This document shows, piece after piece, positions 50,953 through 64,000 of a DNA stretch of 64,000 bases. The position numbers and the translations under genes are program-made. The notes beneath the pieces are model-generated. The model worked only from the letters and a program-made list of their open reading frames with translations. It was not told where the DNA came from and did not search any database. Source of the stretch: Eledone cirrhosa (lineage: Eukaryota); contig OZ024742.1 of assembly GCA_964016885.1 (NCBI GenBank), forward strand, positions 307,334,001 to 307,398,000. The letters are read 5' to 3'. The number at the start of each line of letters is the position of its first letter. Position 1 is the first letter of the stretch.

Positions 50953-52981
50953 TCCTACTCGGGAGATATAACTAATCCAAAAACAGACTCAGTTTTTATC
51001 TATGTATGCTTCATATTGTCATGTTATGGTATTCTATGTTTCAATAACTGCTTAGGTTAATTTTTGACTTTCGGAGTCGAGAAAGTAAAGTGCCAGTAAC
51101 TCATTGGATCCATGTAACCACATCCCTTTCAATACATCGCCTTCTCACGAAACTACAATTAATGAACTACAGAGAAAGCATGCAAGTCGAGGTTCATGTT
51201 GAAATCGACGATGATTCAGAACTCTTACCTAATGTTCTAAAACCTATTCCTTACCGCCAAAATAGTGGATGATACATGCACTAGAGTCTGCAATCACAAT
51301 TTGCACCCGGGAGACGGGATAATACAGCCTTCCGAGCAGATTTACATTAGCCATTCGAAACTAAGTTCTACACATCTGCAGTAAAGATTTCATGTAGGAA
51401 AATCGTATGGTTTACCATTTCTTCTGAGAAAAATCCAGGCAAATTATTGAAAAATCCTGTCTTTAACTTCAGCGTTCAAGTGGGAATTCTAGAGTTTGGT
51501 CTAGGTTACGATTAAGAAAGATAAGTGCCGCAAAATTTCAATGAATTTTGTGTAAACCGGAAGGATGGAAATCATAATAGTTTCGATTAGGATGAAATAA
51601 TGTGTGAAGTTTGATCCTGTCAGTAGTCATAGCTTGAAAGAATGTTTGGAAATCGGAAGAATAAAAGTAGCAGACAACATCAGGCGGCTTTTAGCTGACA
51701 TTGCAGAAAAGGCGTATATTCTGTCAAAGATATTTTTTCTGATTTTCTGCAGATTTTCATTATTCTTTAGTCTTTATGACAATATATCAATTTTTTATGA
51801 TGCACAAGGCCAGCAATTTAAAGGGAGGTAAAATTGGGCTAAGTTGACACCATATTGGATTTAAAATATATTCTATCGAATCCGTAATGATGAAAAGCAA
51901 AGTTGTCATTGGCAGGTGTTGAAACCAGAACGTAGAGATCCATAACGAAATAATTGTTTCTACTATTGGCACAAGGACAGCAATTACGCAGTACATTACT
52001 GCTACATTATTTTATCCACCCCGTAGGGATGAAAGGCAAAGTTAACCTCGGCGGTATTTGAACTCAGAATGGCAAGAATTGTAACTCTATGCGTCAAAGC
52101 ATGGCGTCCGACCCTCTACCGATACAGCCAATTCACCACCCTTAATAACGAAATAAAGCAATATATTACATCAGACGACCTTACCGAATTAGCTAGCTTC
52201 AGCATTCAGTATTGAGAAGAAAGGAGGTAGGTGTATAAGAGAAACTTGCTATCTTCAATTCAGTATTCGTGCCAAGCGTTACTTATGGTCATGTATGCTG
52301 GGTAATGATCGAAAGTATATGATCAAGAATACAAGGGCTCGAAATGGGATTCCTCCGAAGGATCTTTGGAGTAACGTTACTCGATAAAGTACGTAACTCG
52401 GAGATCAGAGTGTCACTCCAGATAGATCCTCTACATCTCATAACTGAGAGTACACAGTTCTGTTAATATTGGCATGTGATTAGAACTTCTGAGGAAAGAA
52501 TCGCAGTGCAGATTTTTACAAGCAAAACTAATCGGCAGGTGACTCTGAAGTAGAGCCCGAGCAAGATGTTTGGATAACATAAATGAGCTTGGCTAGTCAC
52601 GATTGGGGACCCTGCCGGCTCAGTAGGAATTGGTTGCTTGTAACAAGACACTCTGGAAGGTATGTTTGAATACTCTGCACCCAAGACTCTGTGAGGAATA
52701 GGCGAGCGAAGAAGGGGATTTACCTCCCTTATATTCCCCTTAAGCTGACAGCATGTGGTGAGTCTTTTTACTGAGATAATGTAATTAAAAGTAAAATATT
52801 TGTACAAACAAAACAATTTTGAACAGTACAAATTAAAATCAGAACAAAGTATATATTCTAATTGGTATATGTGTATAAAATGTCGTGACTAATTAAATAT
52901 GTGAACAATATACTATAGATAGATCAGTGGATGTAGAATAGTAAAATATATATAAAAGGTGCGAAGTAAAGCGTTTCAGTT

Positions 52982-53171
52982 ATCGCTTCTCGGCCTTTTG
53001 GCTAAGATCAAAGTGTAGTATCTGTTCTTATCAGCTTAATATCTGATATGGTCCCTATATGGGACCATCGATATTAAACTGATTTTTAGAACTTGGCGAA
53101 GAGTTAGGGGCTTGCTCCGCCTTTGCCACGGGTTGGCCTGGTATTGCAGTATATCCAGGATTTGGCCCATC
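52982..53171 (+). ncRNA. U2: U2 snRNA, copy 20 (consensus)
   Basis: Full-length match to copy 3. Confidence 0.97.
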
Positions 53172-55200
53172 TCCTACTCAGGAGATATAACTAATCCAAA
53201 AACAGACTCAGTTTTTATCTATGTATGCTTCATATTGTCATGTTATGGTATTCTATGTTTCAATAACTGCCCAGGTTAATTTTTGACTTTCGGAGACGAG
53301 AAAGTAAAGTGCCAGTAACTCATTGGATCCATGTAACCACATCCCTTTCAATACATCGCCTTCTCACGAAACTACAATTAATGAACTACAGAGTAAGCAG
53401 GCAAGTCGAGGTTCATGCTGAAATCGACGATGATTCAGAACTCTTACCTAATGTTCTAAAACCTATTCCTTACCGCCAAAATAGTGGATGATACATGCAC
53501 TAGAGTCCGCAATCACAATTCGCACCCGGGAGACGGGATAATACAGCCTTCCGAGCAGATTTACGTCAGCCATTCGAAACTAAGTTCTACACATCTGCAG
53601 TAAAAATTTCATGTAGGAAAATCCTATGGTTTACCATTTCTTCTGATAAAAATCCAGGCAAATTATTGAAAAATCCTGTCTTTAACTTCAGCGTTCAAGT
53701 GGGAATTCTAGAGTTTGGTCTAGCTTACGATTAAGAAAGATAAGTGCCGCAAAATTTCAATGAATTTTGTGTAAACCGGAAGGATGGAAATCATAATAGT
53801 TTCGATTAGGATGAAATAATGTGTGAAGTTTGATCCTGTCAGTAGTCATAGCTTGAAAGAATGTTTGGAAATCGGAAGAATAAAAGTAGCAGACAACATC
53901 AGGCGGCTTTTAACTGACATTGCAGAAGAGGCGTATATTCTGTCAAAGATATTTTTTCTAATTTTCTGCAGATTTTCATTATTCTTTAGTCTTTATGACA
54001 ATATATTAATTTCTTATGAGGCACAAGGCCAGCAATTTAAGGGGAGGTAGAATTGGGCTAAGTTGACAGCATATTGGATTTAAAATATATTCTATCGAAT
54101 CCGTAATGATGAAAAGCAAAGTTGTCATTGGCAGGTGTTGAAACCAGAACGTAGAGATCCATAACGAAATAATTGTTTCTACTATTGGCACAAGGCCAGC
54201 AATTACGCAGTACATTACTGCTACATTATTTTATCCACCCCGTAGGGATGAAAGGCAAAGTTAACCTCGGCGGTATTTGAACTCAGAATGGCAAGAGTTG
54301 TAACTCTATGCGTCAAAGCATGGCGTCCGACCCTCTACCGATACAGCCAATTCACCACCCTTAATAACGAAATAATGCAATATATTACATCAGACGACCT
54401 TACCGAATTAGCTAGCTTCAGCATTCAGTATTGAGAAGAAAGGAGGTAGGTGTATAAGAGAAACTTGCTATCTTCAATTCAGTATTCGTGCCAAGCGTTA
54501 CTTATGGTCATGTATGCTGGGTAATGATCGAAAGTATACGATCAAGAATACAAGGGCTCGAAATGGGATTCCTCCGAAGGATCTTTGGAGTAACGTTACT
54601 CGATAAAGTACGTAACTGGGAGATCAGAGTGTCACTCCAGATAGATCCTCTACATCTCATAACTGAGAGTACACAGTTCTGTTAATATTGGCATGTGGTT
54701 AGAACTTCTGAGGAAAGAATCGCAGTGCAGATTTTTACAAGCAAAACTAATCGGCAGGTGACTCTGAAGTAGAGCCCGAGCAAGATGTTTGGATAACATA
54801 AATGAGCTTGGCTAGTCACGATTGGGGACCCTGCCGGCTCAGTAGGAATTGGTTGCTTGTAACAAGACACTCTGGAAGGTATGTTTGAATACTCTGCACC
54901 CAAGACTCTGTGAGGAATAGGCGAGCGAAGAAGGGGATTTACCTCCCTTATATTCCCCTTAAGCTGACAGCATGTGGTGAGTCTTTTTACTGAGATAATG
55001 TAATTAAAAGTAAAATATTTGTACAAACAAAACAATTTTGAACAGTACAAATTAAAATCAGAACAAAGTATATATTCTAATTGGTATATGTGTATAAAAT
55101 GTCGTGACTAATTAAATATGTGAACAATATACTATAGATAGATCAGTGGATGTAGAATAGTAAAATATATATAAAAGGTGCGAAGTAAAGCGTTTCAGTT

Positions 55201-55390
55201 ATCGCTTCTCGGCCTTTTGGCTAAGATCAAAGTGTAGTATCTGTTCTTATCAGCTTAATATCTGATATGGTCCCTATATGGGACCATCGATATTAAACTG
55301 ATTTTTAGAACTTGGCGAAGAGTTAGGGGCTTGCTCCGCCTTTGCCACGGGTTGGCCTCGTATTGCAGTATATCCAGGATTTGGCCCATC
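55201..55390 (+). ncRNA. U2: U2 snRNA, copy 21 (G159C)
   Basis: Full-length; stem IV CCTCG. Confidence 0.97.
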
Positions 55391-57419
55391 TCCTACTCAG
55401 GAGATATAACTAATCCAAAACCAGACTCAGTTTTTATCTATGTATGCTTCATATTGTCATGTTATGGTATTCTATGTTTCAATAACTGCTCAGGTTAATT
55501 TTTGACTTTCGGAGACGAGAAAGTAAAGTGCCAGTAACTCATTGGATCCATGTAACCACATCCCTTTCAATACATCGCCTTCTCACGAAACTACAATTAA
55601 TGAACTACAGAGAAAGCATGCAAGTCGAGGTTCATGTTGAAATCGACGATGATTCAGAACTCTTACCTAATGTTCTAAAACCTATTCCTTACCGCCAAAA
55701 TAGTGGATGATACATGCACTAGAGTCCGCAATCACAATTTGCACCCGGGAGACGGGATAATACAGCCTTCCGAGCAGATTTACATTAACCATTCGAAACT
55801 AAGTTCTACACATCTGCAGTAAAGATTTCATGTAGGAAAATCGTATGGTTTACCATTTCTTCTGAGAAAAATCCAGGCAAATTATTGAAAAATCCTGTCT
55901 TTAACTTCAGCGTTCAAGTGGGAATTCTAGAGTTTGGTCTAGGTTACGATTAGGAAAGATAAGTGCCGCAAAATTTCAATGAATTTTGTGTAAACCGGAA
56001 GGATGGAAATCATAATAGTTTCGATTAGGATGAAATAATGTGTGAAGTTTGATCCTGTCAGTAGTCATAGCTTGAAAGAATGTTTGGAAATCGGAAGAAT
56101 AAAAGTAGCAGACAACATCAGTGGGCTTTTAGCTGACATTGCAGAAGAGGCGTATATTCTGTCAAAGATATTTTTTCTGATTTTCTGCAGATTTTCATTA
56201 TTCTTTAGTCTTTATGACAATATATTAATTTTTTATGAGGCACAAGGCCAGCAATTTAAAGGGAGGTAGAATTGGGCTAAGTTGACACCATATTGGATTT
56301 AAAATATATTCTATCGAATCCGTAATGATGAAAAGCAAAGTTGTCATTGGCAGGTGTTGAAACCAGAACGTAGAGATCCATAACGAAATAATTGTTTCTA
56401 CTATTGGCACAAGGCCAGCAATTACGCAGTACATTACTGCTACTTTATTTTATCCACCCCGTAGGGATGAAAGGCAAAGTTAACCTCGGCGGTATTTGAA
56501 CTCAGAATGGCAAGAATTGTAACTCTATGCGTCAAAGCATGGCGTCCGACCCTCTACCGATACAGCCAATTCACCACCCTTAATAACGAAATAATGCAAT
56601 ATATTACATCAGAAGACCTTACCGAATTAGCTAGCTTCAGCATTCAGTATTGAGAAGAAAGGAGGTAGGTGTATAAGAGAAACTTGCTATCTTCAATTCA
56701 GTATTCGTGCCAAGCGTTACTTATGGTCATGTATGCTGGGTAATGATCGAAAGTATATGATCAAGAATACAAGGGCTCGAAATGGGATTCCTCCGAAGGA
56801 TCTTTGGAGTAACGTTACTCGATAAAGTACGTAACTCGGAGATCAGAGTGTCACTCCAGATAGATCCTCTACATCTCATAACTGAGAGTACACAGTTCTG
56901 TTAATATTGGCATGTGGTTAGAACTTCTGAGGAAAGAATCGCAGTGCAGATTTTTACAAGCAAAACTAATCGGCAGGTGACTCTGAAGTAGAGCCCGAGC
57001 AAGATGTTTGGATAACATAAATGAGCTTGGCTAGTCACGATTGGAGATCCTGCCGGCTCAGTAGGAATTGGTTGCTTGTAACAAGACACTCTGGAAGGTA
57101 TGTTTGAATACTCTGCACCCAAGACTCTGTGAGGAATAGGCGAGCGAAGAAGGGGATTTACCTCCCTTATATTCCCCTTAAGCTGACAGCATGTGGTGAG
57201 TCTTTTTACTGAGATAATGTAATTAAAAGTAAAATATTTGTACAAACAAAACAATTTTGAACAGTACAAATTAAAATCAGAACAAAGTATATATTCTAAT
57301 TGGTATATGTGTATAAAATGTTGTGACTAATTAAATATGTGAACAATATACTATAGATAGATCAGTGGATGTAGAATAGTAAAATATATATAAAAGGTGC
57401 GAAGTAAAGCGTTTCAGTT

Positions 57420-57609
57420 ATCGCTTCTCGGCCTTTTGGCTAAGATCAAAGTGTAGTATCTGTTCTTATCAGCTTAATATCTGATATGGTCCCTATATGG
57501 GACCATCGATATTAAACTGATTTTTAGAACTTGGCGAAGAGTTAGGGGCTTGCTCCGCCTTTGCCACGGGTTGGCCTGGTATTGCAGTATATCCAGGATT
57601 TGGCCCATC
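57420..57609 (+). ncRNA. U2: U2 snRNA, copy 22 (consensus)
   Basis: Full-length match to copy 3. Confidence 0.97.
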
Positions 57610-59638
57610 TCCTACTCAGGAGATATAACTAATCCAAAAACAGACTCAGTTTTTATCTATGTATGCTTCATATTGTCATGTTATGGTATTCTATGTTTCA
57701 ATAACTGCCCAGGTTAATTTTTGACTTTCGGAGACGAGAAAGTAAAGTGCCAGTAACTCATTGGATCCATGTAACCACATCCCTTTCAATACATCGCCTT
57801 CTCACGAAACTACAATTAATGAACTACAGAGTAAGCAGGCAAGTCGAGGTTCATGCTGAAATCGACGATGATTCAGAACTCTTACCTAATGTTCTAAAAC
57901 CTATTCCTTACCGCCAAAATAGTGGATGATACATGCACTAGAGTCCGCAATCACAATTCGCACCCGGGAGACGGGATAATACAGCCTTCCGAGCAGATTT
58001 ACGTCAGCCATTCGAAACTAAGTTCTACACATCTGCAGTAAAAATTTCATGTAGGAAAATCCTATGGTTTACCATTTCTTCTGATAAAAATCCAGGCAAA
58101 TTATTGAAAAATCCTGTCTTTAACTTCAGCGTTCAAGTGGGAATTCTAGAGTTTGGTCTAGCTTACGATTAAGAAAGATAAGTGCCGCAAAATTTCAATG
58201 AATTTTGTGTAAACCGGAAGGATGGAAATCATAATAGTTTCGATTAGGATGAAATAATGTGTGAAGTTTGATCCTGTCAGTAGTCATAGCTTGAAAGAAT
58301 GTTTGGAAATCGGAAGAATAAAAGTAGCAGACAACATCAGGCGGCTTTTAACTGACATTGCAGAAGAGGCGTATATTCTGTCAAAGATATTTTTTCTAAT
58401 TTTCTGCAGATTTTCATTATTCTTTAGTCTTTATGACAATATATTAATTTCTTATGAGGCACAAGGCCAGCAATTTAAGGGGAGGTAGAATTGGGCTAAG
58501 TTGACAGCATATTGGATTTAAAATATATTCTATCGAATCCGTAATGATGAAAAGCAAAGTTGTCATTGGCAGGTGTTGAAACCAGAACGTAGAGATCCAT
58601 AACGAAATAATTGTTTCTACTATTGGCACAAGGCCAGCAATTACGCAGTACATTACTGCTACATTATTTTATCCACCCCGTAGGGATGAAAGGCAAAGTT
58701 AACCTCGGCGGTATTTGAACTCAGAATGGCAAGAGTTGTAACTCTATGCGTCAAAGCATGGCGTCCGACCCTCTACCGATACAGCCAATTCACCACCCTT
58801 AATAACGAAATAATGCAATATATTACATCAGACGACCTTACCGAATTAGCTAGCTTCAGCATTCAGTATTGAGAAGAAAGGAGGTAGGTGTATAAGAGAA
58901 ACTTGCTATCTTCAATTCAGTATTCGTGCCAAGCGTTACTTATGGTCATGTATGCTGGGTAATGATCGAAAGTATACGATCAAGAATACAAGGGCTCGAA
59001 ATGGGATTCCTCCGAAGGATCTTTGGAGTAACGTTACTCGATAAAGTACGTAACTGGGAGATCAGAGTGTCACTCCAGATAGATCCTCTACATCTCATAA
59101 CTGAGAGTACACAGTTCTGTTAATATTGGCATGTGGTTAGAACTTCTGAGGAAAGAATCGCAGTGCAGATTTTTACAAGCAAAACTAATCGGCAGGTGAC
59201 TCTGAAGTAGAGCCCGAGCAAGATGTTTGGATAACATAAATGAGCTTGGCTAGTCACGATTGGGGACCCTGCCGGCTCAGTAGGAATTGGTTGCTTGTAA
59301 CAAGACACTCTGGAAGGTATGTTTGAATACTCTGCACCCAAGACTCTGTGAGGAATAGGCGAGCGAAGAAGGGGATTTACCTCCCTTATATTCCCCTTAA
59401 GCTGACAGCATGTGGTGAGTCTTTTTACTGAGATAATGTAATTAAAAGTAAAATATTTGTACAAACAAAACAATTTTGAACAGTACAAATTAAAATCAGA
59501 ACAAAGTATATATTCTAATTGGTATATGTGTATAAAATGTCGTGACTAATTAAATATGTGAACAATATACTATAGATAGATCAGTGGATGTAGAATAGTA
59601 AAATATATATAAAAGGTGCGAAGTAAAGCGTTTCAGTT

Positions 59639-59828
59639 ATCGCTTCTCGGCCTTTTGGCTAAGATCAAAGTGTAGTATCTGTTCTTATCAGCTTAATATC
59701 TGATATGGTCCCTATATGGGACCATCGATATTAAACTGATTTTTAGAACTTGGCGAAGAGTTAGGGGCTTGCTCCGCCTTTGCCACGGGTTGGCCTCGTA
59801 TTGCAGTATATCCAGGATTTGGCCCATC
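59639..59828 (+). ncRNA. U2: U2 snRNA, copy 23 (G159C)
   Basis: Full-length; stem IV CCTCG. Confidence 0.97.
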
Positions 59829-61857
59829 TCCTACTCAGGAGATATAACTAATCCAAAACCAGACTCAGTTTTTATCTATGTATGCTTCATATTGTCATGT
59901 TATGGTATTCTATGTTTCAATAACTGCTCAGGTTAATTTTTGACTTTCGGAGACGAGAAAGTAAAGTGCCAGTAACTCATTGGATCCATGTAACCACATC
60001 CCTTTCAATACATCGCCTTCTCACGAAACTACAATTAATGAACTACAGAGAAAGCATGCAAGTCGAGGTTCATGTTGAAATCGACGATGATTCAGAACTC
60101 TTACCTAATGTTCTAAAACCTATTCCTTACCGCCAAAATAGTGGATGATACATGCACTAGAGTCCGCAATCACAATTTGCACCCGGGAGACGGGATAATA
60201 CAGCCTTCCGAGCAGATTTACATTAGCCATTCGAAACTAAGTTCTACACATCTGCAGTAAAGATTTCATGTAGGAAAATCGTATGGTTTACCATTTCTTC
60301 TGAGAAAAATCCAGGCAAATTATTGAAAAATCCTGTCTTTAACTTCAGCGTTCAAGTGGGAATTCTAGAGTTTGGTCTAGGTTACGATTAGGAAAGATAA
60401 GTGCCGCAAAATTTCAATGAATTTTGTGTAAACCGGAAGGATGGAAATCATAATAGTTTCGATTAGGATGAAATAATGTGTGAAGTTTGATCCTGTCAGT
60501 AGTCATAGCTTGAAAGAATGTTTGGAAATCGGAAGAATAAAAGTAGCAGACAACATCAGTGGGCTTTTAGCTGACATTGCAGAAGAGGCGTATATTCTGT
60601 CAAAGATATTTTTTCTGATTTTCTGCAGATTTTCATTATTCTTTAGTCTTTATGACAATATATTAATTTTTTATGAGGCACAAGGCCAGCAATTTAAAGG
60701 GAGGTAGAATTGGGCTAAGTTGACACCATATTGGATTTAAAATATATTCTATCGAATCCGTAATGATGAAAAGCAAAGTTGTCATTGGCAGGTGTTGAAA
60801 CCAGAACGTAGAGATCCATAACGAAATAATTGTTTCTACTATTGGCACAAGGCCAGCAATTACGCAGTACATTACTGCTACTTTATTTTATCCACCCCGT
60901 AGGGATGAAAGGCAAAGTTAACCTCGGCGGTATTTGAACTCAGAATGGCAAGAATTGTAACTCTATGCGTCAAAGCATGGCGTCCGACCCTCTACCGATA
61001 CAGCCAATTCACCACCCTTAATAACGAAATAATGCAATATATTACATCAGAAGACCTTACCGAATTAGCTAGCTTCAGCATTCAGTATTGAGAAGAAAGG
61101 AGGTAGGTGTATAAGAGAAACTTGCTATCTTCAATTCAGTATTCGTGCCAAGCGTTACTTATGGTCATGTATGCTGGGTAATGATCGAAAGTATATGATC
61201 AAGAATACAAGGGCTCGAAATGGGATTCCTCCGAAGGATCTTTGGAGTAACGTTACTCGATAAAGTACGTAACTCGGAGATCAGAGTGTCACTCCAGATA
61301 GATCCTCTACATCTCATAACTGAGAGTACACAGTTCTGTTAATATTGGCATGTGGTTAGAACTTCTGAGGAAAGAATCGCAGTGCAGATTTTTACAAGCA
61401 AAACTAATCGGCAGGTGACTCTGAAGTAGAGCCCGAGCAAGATGTTTGGATAACATAAATGAGCTTGGCTAGTCACGATTGGAGATCCTGCCGGCTCAGT
61501 AGGAATTGGTTGCTTGTAACAAGACACTCTGGAAGGTATGTTTGAATACTCTGCACCCAAGACTCTGTGAGGAATAGGCGAGCGAAGAAGGGGATTTACC
61601 TCCCTTATATTCCCCTTAAGCTGACAGCATGTGGTGAGTCTTTTTACTGAGATAATGTAATTAAAAGTAAAATATTTGTACAAACAAAACAATTTTGAAC
61701 AGTACAAATTAAAATCAGAACAAAGTATATATTCTAATTGGTATATGTGTATAAAATGTTGTGACTAATTAAATATGTGAACAATATACTATAGATAGAT
61801 CAGTGGATGTAGAATAGTAAAATATATATAAAAGGTGCGAAGTAAAGCGTTTCAGTT

Positions 61858-62047
61858 ATCGCTTCTCGGCCTTTTGGCTAAGATCAAAGTGTAGTATCTG
61901 TTCTTATCAGCTTAATATCTGATATGGTCCCTATATGGGACCATCGATATTAAACTGATTTTTAGAACTTGGCGAAGAGTTAGGGGCTTGCTCCGCCTTT
62001 GCCACGGGTTGGCCTGGTATTGCAGTATATCCAGGATTTGGCCCATC
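61858..62047 (+). ncRNA. U2: U2 snRNA, copy 24 (consensus)
   Basis: Full-length match to copy 3. Confidence 0.97.
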
Positions 62048-64000
62048 TCCTACTCAGGAGATATAACTAATCCAAAAACAGACTCAGTTTTTATCTATGT
62101 ATGCTTCATATTGTCATGTTATGGTATTCTATGTTTCAATAACTGTCCAGGTTAATTTTTGACTTTCGGAGACGAGAAAGTAAAGTGCCAGTAACTCATT
62201 GGATCCATGTAACCACATCCCTTTCAATACATCGCCTTCTCACGAAACTACAATTAATGAACTACAGAGTAAGCATGCAAGTCGAGGTTCATGCTGAAAT
62301 CGACGATGATTCAGAACTCTTACCTAATGTTCTAAAACCTATTCCTTACCGCCAAAATAGTGGATGATACATGCACTAGAGTCCGCAATCACAATTCGCA
62401 CCCGGGAGACGGGATAATACAGCCTTCCGAGCAGATTTACGTTAGCCATTCGAAACCAAGTTCTACACATCTGCAGTAAAAATTTCATGTAGGAAAATCC
62501 TATGGTTTACCATTTCTTCTGATAAAAATCCAGGCAAATTATTGAAAAATCCTGTCTTTAACTTCAGCGTTCAAGTGGGAATTCTAGAGTTTGGTCTAGC
62601 TTACGATTAAGAAAGATAAATGCCGCAAAATTTCAATGAATTTTGTATAAACCGGAAGGATGGAAATCATAATAGTTTCGATTAGGATGAAATAATGTGT
62701 GAAGTTTGATCCTGTCAGTAGTCATAGCTTGAAAGAATGTTTGGAAATCGGAAGAATAAAAGTAGCAGACAACATCAGTCGGCTTTTAACTGACATTGCA
62801 GAAGAGGCGTATATTCTGTCAAAGATATTTTTTCTAATTTTCTGCAGATTTTCATTATTCTTTAGTCTTTATGACAATATATTAATTTCTTATGAGGCAC
62901 AAGGCCAGCAATTTAAAGGGAGGTAAAATTGGGCTAAGTTGACACCATATTGGATTTAAAATATATTCTATCGAATCCGTAATGATGAAAAGCAAAGTTG
63001 TCATTGGCAGGTGTTGAAACCAGAACGTAGAGATCCATAACGAAATAATTGTTTCTACTATTGGCACAAGGCCAGCAATTACGCAGTACATTACTGCTAC
63101 ATTATTTTATCCACCCCGTAGGGATGAAAGGCAAAGTTAACCTCGGCGGTATTTGAACTCAGAATGGCAAGAGTTGTAACTCTATGCGTCAAAGCATGGC
63201 GTCCGACCCTCTACCGATACAGCCAATTCACCACCCTTAATAACGAAATAATGCAATATATTACATCAGACGACCTTACCGAATTAGCTAGCTTCAGCAT
63301 TCAGTATTTAGAAGAAAGGAGGTAGGTGTATAAGAGAAACTTGCTATCTTCAATTCAGTATTCGTGCCAAGCGTTACTTATGGTCATGTATGCTGGGTAA
63401 TGATCGAAAGTATACGATCAAGAATACAAGGGCTCGAAATGGGATTCCTCCGAAGGATCTTTGGAGTAACGTTACTCGATAAAGTACGTAACTCGGAGAT
63501 CAGAGTGTCACTCCAGATAGATCCTCTACATCTCATAACTGAGAGTACACAGTTCTGTTAATATTGGCATGTGATTAGAACTTCTGAGGAAAGAATCGCA
63601 GTGCAGATTTTTACAAGCAAAACTAATCGGCAGGTGACTCTGAAGTAGAGCCCGAGCAAGATGTTTGGATAACATAAATGAGCTTGGCTAGTCACGATTG
63701 GGGACCCTGCCGGCTCAGTAGGAATTGGTTGCTTGTAACAAGACACTCTGGAAGGTATGTTTGAATACTCTGCACCCAAGACTCTGTGAGGAATAGGCGA
63801 GCGAAGAAGGGGATTTACCTCCCTTTTATTCCCCTTAAGCTGACAGCATGTGGTGAGTCTTTTTACTGAGATAATGTAATTAAAAGTAAAATATTTGTAC
63901 AAACAAAACAATTTTGAACAGTACAAATTAAAATCAGAACAAAGTATATATTCTAATTGGTATATGTGTATAAAATGTCGTGACTAATTAAATATGTGAA

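Larger units (their letters stand above)
10284..64000 (+). repeat. Tandem array (macrosatellite) of U2 snRNA gene units, period 2219-2220 bp, 24 U2 copies in the window, running off the right end
   Basis: ATCGCTTCTCGGCC recurs at 10551, 13083, 15256, 17476, 19695 ... 61858, and the ORF track repeats with the same period. The first two spacings are atypical (2532 and 2173 bp). The left boundary is approximate. Confidence 0.98.

Noticed and set aside
10877-63926. Recurring 60-122 aa ORFs in every unit (MPVTHW..., MKFDPV..., MYCVIA..., MYCSKL.../MGAEYS...)
   Set aside because: Most rely on GTG/TTG starts, they open and close with single SNPs between units, they overlap SINE or antisense LINE debris, and they resemble no protein. 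They are artefacts of the repeat.

Overview
AT-rich eukaryotic (animal) non-coding DNA. The microsatellite density and tRNA-derived SINE types look like an octopus/cephalopod genome, which is an inference from recalled repeat families and was not searched. No credible protein-coding gene is present. Bases 1-10.3 kb are a flank of decayed SINEs, a TTAA-flanked MITE, microsatellites and a decayed minimal hammerhead motif. From ~10.28 kb to the window end there is a head-to-tail tandem array of U2 snRNA genes (unit 2219-2220 bp) with 24 copies visible: one diverged edge copy, one internally deleted copy and 22 near-identical 190-nt copies. The array continues past 64 kb. Each standard unit contains an AT-rich promoter with a canonical TATA box at about -31, the U2 gene, a 3' hairpin and partial 3'-box, ~800 bp of unassigned spacer, an old antisense SINE interrupted by a younger SINE with a 13-bp TSD, and the dead 3' end of an RTE-clade LINE. 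The array edge preserves ancestral states (empty SINE site, relic older unit). The interior shows two haplotype blocks, dimer and trimer higher-order repeats, and U2 variants confined to the 3' domain. All repeated ORFs in the track are by-products of this repeat. Alignments and counts were made by eye.
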